The notes beneath the pieces are model-generated. The model saw only the letters and a program-made list of their open reading frames with translations. It did not search any database and was not told where the DNA came from. DNA of 60,719 nucleotides, filler included, from Globobulimina sp. (Eukaryota), in NCBI GenBank assembly GCA_003354225.1. It is 11 parts of 11 records of this genome, joined end to end, with 100 filler letters (N's around TTAATTAATTAA, not from the genome) between each part and the next. Parts side by side here need not be neighbours in the genome. Positions count along the whole stretch, not along the records: positions 44,257 to 49,679 come from PIVH01000581.1; positions 49,780 to 55,201 come from PIVH01000582.1; positions 55,302 to 60,719 come from PIVH01000583.1; 8 more parts are not named here. One strand, given 5' to 3'. This document shows, in pieces, positions 48,301 through 60,226 of this stretch; position 1 is the first letter of the stretch, and each line of letters opens with the position of its first letter. Position numbers and translations under genes: made by a program.

Positions 48301-49679
48301 CCAAATACATCCGTGTAATTATAGCGTTGATACGTGATTTTGCGCTTACTTTCATCCACCTTAAATACCGCCGGAGTGGATATTTTCCACTGTTCGTCCT
48401 CCACGATTTCCTTAACTTGCTCGGAATTCATCTGTAACTTCCTATTTTCCTCAGCGTTGACACTGACACTGTGCATCATAAATATAACATGATAGAGGAC
48501 ATAGGCAGTACCAAATACTGAGAACCAGAGCAAATTATAATTATTCGACTGGTACCACCAACATTGCGCTTCATCGTCGTAACAGCCCCGATCCTCTATT
48601 TTGAGTATCATCGGACTGTAATAGGTCTCAAAAGAAAAATGCAGCGCCATCACTATCAAAAACAGAAACGATGCGTAAAAATACCAATGTAATAAGGTGA
48701 CGATGGGAACAGGCGGCAAATCGATAAAAATAAGCGTCAATATTAAACCTAAGATGATGGCCAAACGTTCGTGCTTCACATCATCGGCAATGCTGTCGAT
48801 GGTGAAGGCAGTGAGCGATATGAAACAAACCGCCATGATCAAAAAAACATGCTCCAACAGATAAGGCGAGGACCTACGCTTCAATTTTAACATAATGCGC
48901 AATATATTGGTCTCCATCCTGCCACGCTTGTTATTGAACTCTGACACTGTGTTTTCCATCGACCAGCGGCCCAAATTTGTAGCATCGCCGGTGATAGTCA
49001 CAAATGCGTGATCTGGCTGGCCGGGGTACGCTGGAGCTAAAGTACGGAAGTTTGTGGGTTCAATAATGATTGGAATGTCTTGACAGTCATAGGGGAAATT
49101 TTCAATTTCAAACGGTTCGAATACGCGCACCTCACAATAATAAGTTACTTCTGCCATGTAACCAAACATTAGTTTCCTGATATGGTCCCATGGAACGTCT
49201 TTCTTTTTCGGCGATTCGCGCTCAAAATGTAAATTTTTCAATATCTCATCGCCGAAAAACGACTGCATTTCAATTAGATGTATATGTTGCTGCTGTTGCT
49301 GATCTGTGTCGTGTTTCAACATTAGAAAACATCAAAAGATATATCACAGAAATACCTCTATTCCCAATGGCGCGGTAGAAGTTGACCTCGGGCTTGAATG
49401 AAAATTGAATATCGCCGTCATTGAAGGCTCTGTTGCGTTTCTTGTTTTTCCTTCGAAACCGGTTATATTTAATATAGTCACTCTCAGACAGCATCCAATA
49501 CAATTTCACAGTTAATTGTATATCGCATTCGGCATTGCCAGTCTCCCATCGTTCAGAAATTGATAAATGGTTCAACTCGCAAGAAATATAAACCACTCGG
49601 TCGGGATCAGTGTCATCCGACGGGTAACACACCACTGCTTTCATAGGCTGCAATACCTCAATATCTTCCTTCTTTTCCT
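45319..49679 (-). CDS. Cys-less pentameric ligand-gated ion channel subunit with a long multi-TM repeat extension, 4 or more exons, 5'-partial
   Basis: Pro-loop FEIENFPYDCQD; pre-M1 LKLKRR; M1-M4 with ERLAI and LPPVPIVTLLHWY; GT-AG introns join ORFs 46761-49322, 46046-46696 and 45319-46005 in frame. Confidence 0.78.
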
Positions 49680-50122
49680 NNNNNNNNNNNNNNNNNNNNN
49701 NNNNNNNNNNNNNNNNNNNNNNNTTAATTAATTAANNNNNNNNNNNNNNNNNNNNNNNNNNNNNNNNNNNNNNNNNNNNAATTCAAATATTACACATTTT
49801 ATAAATAAAAATAATGATAAATTTATTAAATATGGATGGAAATTATCCAAAACAAAATGTAAAAGTATATTTCATCATCAATATACAGAATGTGATGATA
49901 CATTAACCATTCAGAGATTGTAATATTTGTTTATTTGCTGTGTTAATTACTTTTTCTTGTCTTAATTTCCCATTTTCTTTTTATGTTTTTTTGATGTTAA
50001 TTTACGTTGATCAAAGATTAGTGATTATTTGTCAATATGTTATGTTGCATGTGTCTGAATTAAATGTACAATATCCATCTACTTCGTATGTAATACTTTC
50101 ACATTTTCTCTCAGTAAAACGC

Positions 50123-52253
50123 ATGGCTACCTGTTCAGTGAAACAACTGAATACTCTTCGGAGTAGTACACCAATTCTCCGTTCATTCAGCTATTTTAGC
50201 AGCACCACACAAATTGATGCTTCCAGCCATAAACTAAATAAATACAGTTCAACCCTAACAGGAGCAGACTCTGGCGGTGGCAAAGCAATGTTGTACGCAA
50301 CAGGAATATCAGCCGATAAAATGCATTATCCACAAGTTACGTACTTAGTATTTATGCTTTCCAATCTTTTCCTGACAATATTTCGATAAAATGTACAGGT
50401 TGGTATCGCCTCATGTTACTGGGAAGGTAATCCATGCAATATGCATTTGAACACATTACAAGAACACGTGCATGATAACATGTTGTTGTCTGATAAAATG
50501 ATCCCCAGAAACTTCAATACAATCGGTGTAAGTGATGGGTTATCGCAGGGAAACCATGGTATGCGGTATTCGCTGCCATCGAGAGATTTAATTGCGGACT
50601 CCATAGAAATGCAAGTTGGAGCTACGCATTACGATGCTGTCATTACCATAGCCGGCTGCGACAAGAATATGCCAGGCTGTATTATGGCGCTTGCACGGCT
50701 CAACAGGCCTGGTTTTATGATTTATGGCGGCTCCATCAAACCAGGCACCGTCGACAGAAATTGTGTTTGTGATTATTATCAAGAAACACATAGACATAAC
50801 ATAACAAATAACGGTGCGGGCGATGCTATTGAGATTGACATAGTGTCCGCGTTCCAGGCCTATGGCGAACATAACGCAGGCAAAATAACAGCAGACGAAA
50901 AGGAATATATCATACAGAATGCTTTGGGGAGCAATAATTATGGCGCTTGTGGCGGAATGTATACTGCCAATACAATGTCTGTGGCTATCGAAGCATTGGG
51001 AATGTCACCGTTATACTCATCATCTGTTTTGGCAGAGAGTGCCCAGAAAATAAAAGAATGCGAGTCCACAGCCATTGATTTAATATATAATTTGTTAGAA
51101 AATGACATTAAACCCAGAGACATTATCACTAGGAAATCGCTACAAAATGCTGCTGCTTTGGTGATGGCTTTAGGTGGTTCTACCAACGGTGTGCTGCATT
51201 TATTGGCCATTGCATACGCAGCAAATGTGCCATTCACTATTGATGATTGCCAGGTTATTCTCCTATTATTTGTTGAAACATATGCTTTGATGATAGTTGT
51301 TATAATTATGGTGTACTTAGGCGGTAAGCGATGCAGTTCCGTTGATTGGCAATTTGAAGCCGTCCGGGAAATATTACATGAAATATTTACAAGAAGTTGG
51401 TGGTACGCCAGCATTGATAAAATATTTAATGTCTCATGGTTTATACCATGGCGATTGTTTGACAGTGACTGGTAAAACAATGGAAGAGAATTTGAAGCAT
51501 ATTCCCGATAATTTGATCTTTGACAATGCCGGGAATGATTTGCAAGATTTAATATATCCAATTGAAGCACCACTGCAATCAACTGGACATATTAAGGTAT
51601 CGTCGGAATTAATTACTGGAGTTTATATAATGCGACATATAGAATTTAGTGTTTCTGCATTGTATAAATTGCATTAATTTAATTGGTATAAGATATTATA
51701 CGGTAATATAGCACCAAATGGCTGCGTGGCTAAATTGACTGGAAAGCAAGGAAATAAATTCTTAGGTTCCGTCATTGTATTTGATTCTGAGGAATTGTTT
51801 ATGGAATCATTTAATAAGAATGAATTAACAAAAGATACGCTTGGGGACAAACGGTATGTGATAGTGATAAGATTTGAGGGACCAAAAGGCGGCCCGGGTA
51901 TGCCTGAAATGTTAACACCGACATCGGCATTGGCCGGAGCTGGATTGCTTGACCAAATTGCATTAATTACTGATGGGAGGTTTTCCGGCGGATCGCATGG
52001 TTTTATTGTTGGCCATATCACACCGGAAGCATTTGTTGGTGGCAATATTGGATTGTTACAAAATGACGATTTAATTGAAATTGATGCGGATAATAAAAAA
52101 ATTGATGTATTAATACCGCAAACTGTATTAAATCAAAGACGCGAGGAAAGAGAAAAAAATGGAATGCCAAACACACCAAAATATAGTCGTGGCGTTCTTG
52201 GTAAATATATAAAATGTGTACAAAGCGCATCAAATGGCTGTGTTACCGACTAA
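50123..52253 (+). CDS. ilvD: Dihydroxy-acid dehydratase, mitochondrial-type, 4 exons
   Basis: [77 protein letters not shown]. Confidence 0.97.
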
Positions 52254-52309
52254 ATGGACAAAATAACGTTTTAAATAAGTGATAGAGGTACAACTGTCAT
52301 CAAAGTGAG

Positions 52310-53158
52310 TCATTGTGTGTGGAAATAATTTTTGATTTGTCCATCTTTGTTTGTTTTCAAAACTAAATAATTATCCTCTTTCATTCTAACACCATTCTTT
52401 ACAGAGTCAGTGATCCATTCACTCGTCACATAAAACACATTATTCTTTCTATTTGTGGTTCTCTTCAGTTTCGAACGAGATACATTTGTGGTGACAATGT
52501 GCGTTACTTTGGAGTTTGAGTGCACACTGAAATTACCACCATTCATCAATAGCACTTTGTTTAAATGAAAAGATGACAAATCACTGGTTCTCCCGTTAAA
52601 ATATACAATTACTCCATCAAATATATTGCAAACATCATTAAGTTTCCTCCTCTTCTTTGTATCAATCTTTTCCTCATTCAATTTTCTTTTCTTTTTCTTT
52701 GTATTTTTATTAAAATGGATACCATTCGAACTTAGATCGCCATAAATCGAGTTATCAGTGTTTTTCATTTGCTTTCTCATTTTTTTATTTCTATGTTCAA
52801 AGTATCCTTTCCATGCTTTTTTGCCATCTGTCCGATCACTGTACGTTGGGCCGTGAAAATAATTCTGTTTACACCCGTTTAATACCTCAATGTTTACTGC
52901 TTCTTTCTTATATTTCTTATTCTCTGCAATCAATCGTTCCTTTGCACATTTTCTTTCTTCGCCGATCTTATCTAAAATGGGCGCATAATATGGATTGGCT
53001 TCATCTGTTTGTTTATTCCATTGCATTTTATTTAACACTTGTCGTAATTGTTGGTTTTTTGTTAATTTTACGTTTTTGTCTTGTGTTTTACGCGAATTAT
53101 CCTTTGAGTTTTGTGTAAAGAATGATGTCAATTTTGGTTGCTTTGATTTGGAAGTCAT
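52310..53158 (-). CDS. Stand-alone REV1-type BRCT-domain protein
   Basis: WKGYFEHRNKKMRKQ, IFDGVIVYFNGRT, THIVTTN, VTSEWITDSV; no polymerase domain. Confidence 0.8.
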   Translation of the reverse strand: MTSKSKQPKLTSFFTQNSKDNSRKTQDKNVKLTKNQQLRQVLNKMQWNKQTDEANPYYAPILDKIGEERKCAKERLIAENKKYKKEAVNIEVLNGCKQNYFHGPTYSDRTDGKKAWKGYFEHRNKKMRKQMKNTDNSIYGDLSSNGIHFNKNTKKKKRKLNEEKIDTKKRRKLNDVCNIFDGVIVYFNGRTSDLSSFHLNKVLLMNGGNFSVHSNSKVTHIVTTNVSRSKLKRTTNRKNNVFYVTSEWITDSVKNGVRMKEDNYLVLKTNKDGQIKNYFHTQ

Positions 53159-53226
53159 TGTTAAAAAATCGTTGATATCCGAATTAAGTTAAAAACTTTT
53201 TTACTCACCAAACCAAACTGAAAATT

Positions 53227-54434
53227 ATGACTTTTTTGCTCCTTACCAACAAACTGTTTGCATTGATTGTATTATTGCCTACCATATGCAACAGCGGCAT
53301 CATTAAATGTATTGGTGAGCAAAAATGCAAAGACGAAAATAAAATTTGTCTTAATGATGAAGCATGTTTCATCACATGCAATGGAACTACAAATGGTCAG
53401 CAAGCCTGCCAAAAAGCAGAGATAGACGGCACATTAGCTACAGCCGTCACATTAGACTGTGTATACAAACAAGACTGTCAAGATGCAAAATTAATTTGTG
53501 GCACAGGCATTTGTTCTATTCATTGTCACGGAAATAATGCTGACGATGAACAATGTAAATCCATCACACTGGAATGCGGTGTGGCTCCTTGCAAAATATA
53601 TGTTTAGTAATTGCAAATTCGTTTTCTTTTTGTTTGCTTTCAATGTACATCTAATTAACGCCTCTGCTTGTTTTCAAATATAAGTGTCATGCACCAAATA
53701 GCTGTCATGATTCAGATTTTGCCTTATCTTCAACTGTTTCGTTCGAATGCATTGGTTATTGTCCTTCATCATTTCCATCACCATTCGTTCGCGCAACATC
53801 CGCCCCAACAATATTCCCAACAACAAACCCTACAAAATATCCAACAACAAATCCATCCCAAACACCGACTATAGTGAATACAACAAAATATGCCACATTA
53901 TTAATAACTTCATCCACAAAGAATGAGGTTGAAATCATAGAAAACAAGAAAGATTTTCTGGATAACATACCATTGGTTGCCATATTTAGTTTGATATTGC
54001 TGATATTAATCTGTATGGCTTTTATTTGCATCTTTTATGTCAGAAAAATGCGACATTTAAAAAAGAAACAGAAACGAAATTCAGTTAAAAATATGAATGT
54101 TGAAGATAACAAACAGAAATATAACAATATTCCGATGCAATTAGGAAAAGATGGAGCCAGTCGCAATGATGAGGAAATAGTAAAAGCAGAATCTATATCT
54201 GATGCAAACTCATTTGATAATTGCAAAGGATGCACAGCAATTCAAATGGGAGAGAATAGTAAATTAATGAAGGAAAATGAGTGTATTGTCAATGTCGAAG
54301 CAGATTCAGATAAATCTAAAAAAAGTGTGGATTGTATAAAAACACCAAGCAATAGTTTTAGTAATGGAAATATGATTGATGTTGAATTAAATGGGGATGA
54401 GTTTGTTATACACGGGGAAACTGAAGGAAAATAA
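53227..54434 (+). CDS. Cys-rich repeat type I surface protein with PT stalk, 2 exons
   Basis: Signal peptide; repeated I/L-x-C-x-G...C units; PTTNPTKYPTTNPS; TM; the intron joins in frame to ORF 53874-54434. Confidence 0.78.
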
Positions 54435-54898
54435 GCTTAAATATTGCATTAATGCAAGTGTTTTGTGTAATTGGTTGTGTTTTTTTGCTGTGTCCGATCG
54501 GATATTAACTTAATTTGTATTTTCGTCAACAAATTAAGTTCATCTCAGTAAGTTTACAAGAAATATAACAGGATTTGAAGCTGTTTCTTTTTGATATCGA
54601 ATTTTATGCCACTTACTACTTTAAAATTGCACTCAATATTAAATCCATTTCGGAGACAAGGGAAAAGTATTCGTTGCACCTGAGCATCATGGAATGCTGT
54701 ATCTACTGTCATATCTTCAACCGCTTTCAACGACAAATGGATATCAAGAGATGATTATGATATATTGGGATCATTAATTCTCACTCATTTGTGATTTTTG
54801 AGTGACTTGGTTAGATGCTACATTTTATCAATAATTAAGTTCCTTTTTTTTTGCTTGTTTAAAAAGTGGCAGATATTGTCAATTAAATATGCATAGCC

Positions 54899-55201
54899 TC
54901 AATATTCACCACACCATGGCACCCAAATGGGACCAACAAGAGAATTATTTGGATGAATCACTGCTGGACAATTTTGATCAACAGGCGGCGTTGGATAATA
55001 TGGAGCTGACTTGAAAATCGCTTCCATTTCACTGTATAACTCAAGCACCAAATCACTATGATTCGAACTGATGTCATTATACTCATACGGATCATTACTA
55101 ATATTATATAATGGCATCATATTCGTAGCATTGTCATATCCGACTGACAACATCGGCGGCTTTACCCATCCATTCTCGTCCGGACTCCCTCCGCCTGTCC
55201 C
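54899..55201 (-). CDS. Arylsulfatase (ARSB-like) C-terminal fragment
   Basis: LYNISNDPYEYNDIS...LVLEL...WVPWC. Confidence 0.7.
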   Translation of the reverse strand, partial: GTGGGSPDENGWVKPPMLSVGYDNATNMMPLYNISNDPYEYNDISSNHSDLVLELYSEMEAIFKSAPYYPTPPVDQNCPAVIHPNNSLVGPIWVPWCGEY

Positions 55202-55820
55202 NNNNNNNNNNNNNNNNNNNNNNNNNNNNNNNNNNNNNNNNNNNNTTAATTAATTAANNNNNNNNNNNNNNNNNNNNNNNNNNNNNNNNNNNNNNNNNNN
55301 NTATTCCATTGCAATGGGATGGTAACATCACTCACTTCACCACCCAACCACAATCTGATCAATCTCAATCTCCGCCTTCCATACATATACAAACACAAAT
55401 AAAATCGCCTTTAAAAGATACCACAAAAGTTTAGTTCCATACACAAACTTAACATCTATGCACACATCGAATGATGACAACACATGTATCATCCTTGCAC
55501 GTTGAGATAGTTGATCTATTTTTACACCATTGTTATGACCATAAAACATTGGATACAACGTCTTTTGTATAAATGATTGTCATTCCTGACATGATATGCA
55601 ATAAAGCACAGACCATAAATATTCAATTAACTTTGTATATCATATCAGTAATTAGATTATACTTTTTATGCGCAATATTTCTAAACAAAAAGTAGTAATT
55701 ATCCATGACGATTCTTGTGGCTATTCCTGATCATAAACCACCTCATTTTCATTTGTTATCGCATTAATTTTGCTGATTTAGACAAACAACAAAAACACAA
55801 AAACATTTGTTATTAACCAG

Positions 55821-57804
55821 AGCTACAGAGACGAAACTAAAGCAATCCCGCCATGGATCAGCAGCACTTATCCCAACCACCACTTCATTGACAGACTGCA
55901 CATGGAATTGGTTGATTTTTGTGTGTATGTCAGCCCCACCAAACAGGAACATTCGACTCGCTTATCACTCATCGACAATATAACACAAATTGTGTGCTCC
56001 CTCTGGCCCAAAGCTACTATCCATATGTTTGGGTCCATGCAAACAAAATTATATCTCCCTACGTCCGATATTGACTTGGTTGTATATCCAAACCTCAATG
56101 ACATAAACAACAGCAGCGGTGACTATAAATTGCAGTTAGCACAAGCTCTAAAACAAGCCGATATGTGCTCCTATTTAGAAATAATATCCTCTGCGAGAGT
56201 GCCCTTGATCAAATTTACAGATTCCAGCTCCAATTTGTCTGTGGATATCATATTCGATCGCGAATCAGGTATGATCGCAGCGGATGAAATCAACAAATTA
56301 CAGGCAATGTATCCAGTGCTGCGACCCTTGACATACTTTTTGAAATATTTCCTATGGTTCCGCGATTTGAACGAGCCGTTTCGCGGTGGAATGGGTTCAT
56401 ACTTATTACAAATGTTGATTGTGAATTTGATTCAGACGCATCCGGTGCGTGCCACTCGCAAATGGCGCTATGTTGACTGCGAAATATCTTTAGGTGGCTG
56501 GCTGCTGGCTTTCTTCGAGTTATATGGCAAACATTTCAATTATTCTGAGCTGGGCATTGCTCCCTATCCCGAGGCACATTATTTTATTAAAGTTACAGTA
56601 CACCATTTTGTTGCATTTTTTTGTTGTGTTTGATAGTGTTTGTTTGCTGTAGGAAGAGCATGGAATGAAAGTGTATGATCGGCCATATTTGTTATGTTGT
56701 GAATGTCCGTTTGAATCGACAGCATCCAAACTGATGGACAGTGGGCGGAATACTTATAATATCATGAAAATAAAATGTGCGTTTGAATGGGCGTATAATT
56801 CATTGCTAGCAAATGCCGCAAATCACAGGAAATCTATACTGGGGCTCTTGGTGGGGATTCGTGGCCAAACGCTGCAGATTCGATCCAATGGTAACAAATT
56901 ATTACAGTTTGACCACAGCGTTGCTCAACACAAGGAAATTGATGATTTGTTGACCAAAACGTTCGAGCTCGAAACTATGAGTAATGGCAGTAGCAGTTGC
57001 ACCGAACATGAAAATGGAAATGGAAATGAATTGTTTATACCATTGGATGATATACCAATGGAAAATGATACAGCTTCATCCAGTTCGTATGAGTCATCAG
57101 CAACGGCGACATCTACTTCTTCGTCTTCGTCATCGTATGAGTCATATAATGGAGATATTGACATAGATGTTGAAGGTGATAAATCAGCATATTATGAAGC
57201 CAGTGAATTTCAACAGAAACATTTATTTAATGCACATAGCACATCGCCGAAGATATCAGCTTCGAAAATGAAAGGAAATGTTACATTTAATTTTGAGTGT
57301 GATTATCTTGAACATAATCCATATTTAAATGAGAAATATGATCCATTTCGGAATGGCAACAAAAGTAACAAAAAAAGGAGATTTTCTATGCTGAGTTTGG
57401 ATGAAGAGAGTGATGGGAATCTTAGTACTCAGCAACTAAAAAAAAGGAAAACCAGAGCTGTGTTGATGGATAAAGTTGGAATTGAGAGTGGTGTGGATAG
57501 TGATGACGAGTCAGAGGGAAGGAATAAGAATAAATTAATTCGATCATATTCAATGTCACATTTAAGGAAGTCAACGCCATGCATATTTTATCAAAAAGGT
57601 GGATGTAAAAAAGGGAAATTATGTGCGTTTCAACATGGTGATGATAGAAAAGGAATTGTTAAAAAAGAGAAAGAGTTTCTGGTTGATAGTGGTTTACAGC
57701 GTGGATTGGCGAATCAAGTGTGTTGGAATTTTGCTTCTGGTCATTGTCATCGAGGAAATAAATGTCGATGGTTACATTCTATAACTCCGATTTCGAAAAA
57801 GTAA
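55821..57804 (+). CDS. Non-canonical poly(A) polymerase Trf4/PAPD5-7 (TENT4)-like with two C-terminal CCCH zinc fingers; first exon uncertain
   Basis: FGSMQTKLYLPTSDIDLV, ARVPLIKF, LNEPFRGGMGSY, FFELYGKHFNY; CIFYQKGGCKKGKLCAFQH and CWNFASGHCHRGNKCRWLH. Confidence 0.88.
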
Positions 57805-58130
57805 TTTGTTTACAACTGAACCTCATGATTGGTTAGAATCGATAAATTAATACCTTTTTTGTTATATACCATCATCCAAAGATGATATTATAAGTTTGGA
57901 TCATAGAAAAAATAGTAATGTGGATTTCCGTCGTAGAATGCAAGGATTGTTGCTATAAACAAAAGTCGAAGGCAATCTGACAAATTAAACATTTATATTT
58001 TGGGACATATTTAAAAATGGTTACAAACGTGTAACGCATCATGTTGTGTGTTTTTTGCATAAATTTAACTATGATAGTACTATTTATTAGAGGTTATTTG
58101 ATGACGAAATGCCACCTTTACTTACAAAAC

Positions 58131-58186
58131 AAAAAAGATCAACCAATCACAAAAAAGGTCAACCAATCACAAAAAAGATCAACCAA
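58131..58186. repeat. 20-bp tandem repeat (about 2.8 copies) aaaaaagatcaaccaatcac
   Basis: Directly visible between convergent genes. Confidence 0.8.
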
Positions 58187-58221
58187 ACATATTTGATTAT
58201 TGTACATATTTATCATTTTTT

Positions 58222-60043
58222 TTATGAATGTATATTATGATTATTTCCAGGCAGCGACGGGAACGTAGTCTCAGTTGTGCTGTTTTGCGACGTTTTATGC
58301 CGCGGATTATATCCATCTGCAACAAAAGGTGAAGGTCCATATATCTGTGAATGCGTTTGATTTGTTGAAGGAACTTGTAAATTATCCGATAGTTTCGGAT
58401 TTGGAGCAGCATTGGCATAGTCAAATCCAAATGAACCATCTGTATTGCGTTCAGATCGTATTCCATACATATTTGTATTGGTTGTATTTTCATTATATAA
58501 ACCTTCGTGACTCGATGTACTCTCTGTGGACGTGGATGATGATGATTTAACGTCGTATTCCTCTTCACATCGTTTATCTGTCGCATCAGAAACGCGTATT
58601 ACTGGAGCCAGTTCAACTTTGATTTCATTCATATTGTTTGCTAAAAAAGAAAACAATTTGTTATGTTGGTTTGCAATATGAAACATGTCAAAATAATACC
58701 AGTCATTGATATATATATGATTGTATGCACTATATACATGAAAAAAAGATGACTGGCATTACTGTTATACAACGAACAAATTTTACATATATGCTTAACA
58801 TTTATCATTTGCATAAACACTGTGTGGTAAATAGGAAGGCAACGAATGTTCTGTTAAATTACCATCCAATGAATTGATAAAATTCTCTTGTTGTGATAGC
58901 ATCCTTCTATGCAATTCCTTTTGTTTAGTTTTGAAATATACAAAAATCACTACACAACAACAACACGCAATCACCAAAATAATAATTGCTATGGTTATTA
59001 ACAGCAATGTTATATCGTCCAGATCTAAATTGATCGACTTCACCTCTTCTTGCTGCTTAGTGTTGGATATAGACAGTTGGGTTTTTTTGGTGCGGGAGTA
59101 TGTCGGAGATAATGTGGTTCGCTTTTTAGTTGGTCGAAATGTCGGCATTTTTGTTGGAGAATATGTAGTTGGTTCCAGTGTTGGATTATATGTTAATTCC
59201 ATTGTTGGTTCCAATGTTGGTTGGAATGATGGATACTTTGACCGTGATAACGATGGCTTAAATGATGGATTTGCTGTCGCTGATAATGTTGGGTATAATG
59301 TTGTGATTAATGTTGGTTTAAGTGATGGATTTGTTGTCGGATTCATTGTATACATGGTCGGAAATGTGGTAGGTGACGTTGTCGGATTTGTTGTTGGATA
59401 TAATGTAGGAGTTAAAGTGGGTGCTCTTGTTATTGTGGGTGTCAATGTTGGATTTATGCTTGGAATATTTGTTGGTGACACACTAAATGGAGCAGGAAGT
59501 GTTGGTGGACAATAACCTGAGCATTCAAATGATTGTGGATTTGATGAAAGATCAATAGATCCCCAATCATCACACGCTGAAGAAACAACACATTGTAACT
59601 TACAATGACCAGTTCCACATTTAATGTCCATTCCGCGTTTGCAAGCATCTGTCTGTGTATGTTTGTTTTTTGTATGATTGGTTTGCACACAAATATACTG
59701 TATACCCCATCACAGATTACCAAAACATCCGTAGCTGTGTCTCCATTAATTTGTGTACGATCTGAACATGTGGTGTGCTCTATACATTTAATAATGCATG
59801 GATCACCAGTCCGGCAATTTAATGTGGATGCTTTGCAAATATCGATAGTGTCACAACTGAATATTGGAAATATGCAATATGAGAAGTCTTGTTCGGAAAT
59901 AGATATAAATATTGTACGTGCTTTAGTATGCATGTTTCTCCTGTACTCGGTATAGAAGCACAGTTACAGTCTCCGATACAATTGATTGTTTCACTATTTA
60001 CAGTGTAAGCAATTGATATCAATGCAAGTGTTAATGGTGTCAT
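58222..60043 (-). CDS. Cys-rich repeat type I surface protein with long PT stalk, 4 exons; paralog of 53227-54434
   Basis: Signal MTPLTLALISIAYTVNS; CGTGHCKLQC; SFECSGYCP; PTxxPT repeats; TM ending in CCCVVIF; phase-1 intron links the last exon. Confidence 0.78.
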
Positions 60044-60226
60044 TGTTAAAATACAGTCTAAAAACATGGTTCGAAATTACTTGAAAAGATTACTTGAAAT
60101 TTATATTACTTGAAAAGAGACTTGATTCCCCATCTTTATTATTCAAGCAGATCTACAACAACAAGGACTCGAGCTTAAGAATATTAAAGAAGTATTTATT
60201 AATAATAGTCAAGTATCATTACTCAA

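Noticed and set aside
50441-52253. Broken ORFs in ilvD, GH5, MATE and others as pseudogenes or an alternative genetic code
   Set aside because: Breaks coincide with canonical GT-AG introns that restore the frame under the standard code
57826-57834. TGATTGGTT downstream of several stop codons as a 3'-processing signal
   Set aside because: Few independent occurrences, one also lies in an intron, and a 9-mer of this composition can recur by chance
58131-58186. 20-bp and 36-bp (44334-44424) repeats as CRISPR arrays
   Set aside because: Head-to-tail copies with no spacers, no cas genes, eukaryotic context
58874-59515. Val/Gly-rich 213-aa ORF and other antisense ORFs (e.g. 2527-3051, 33925-34401, 50938-51582)
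   Set aside because: Shadow frames of real genes on the opposite strand
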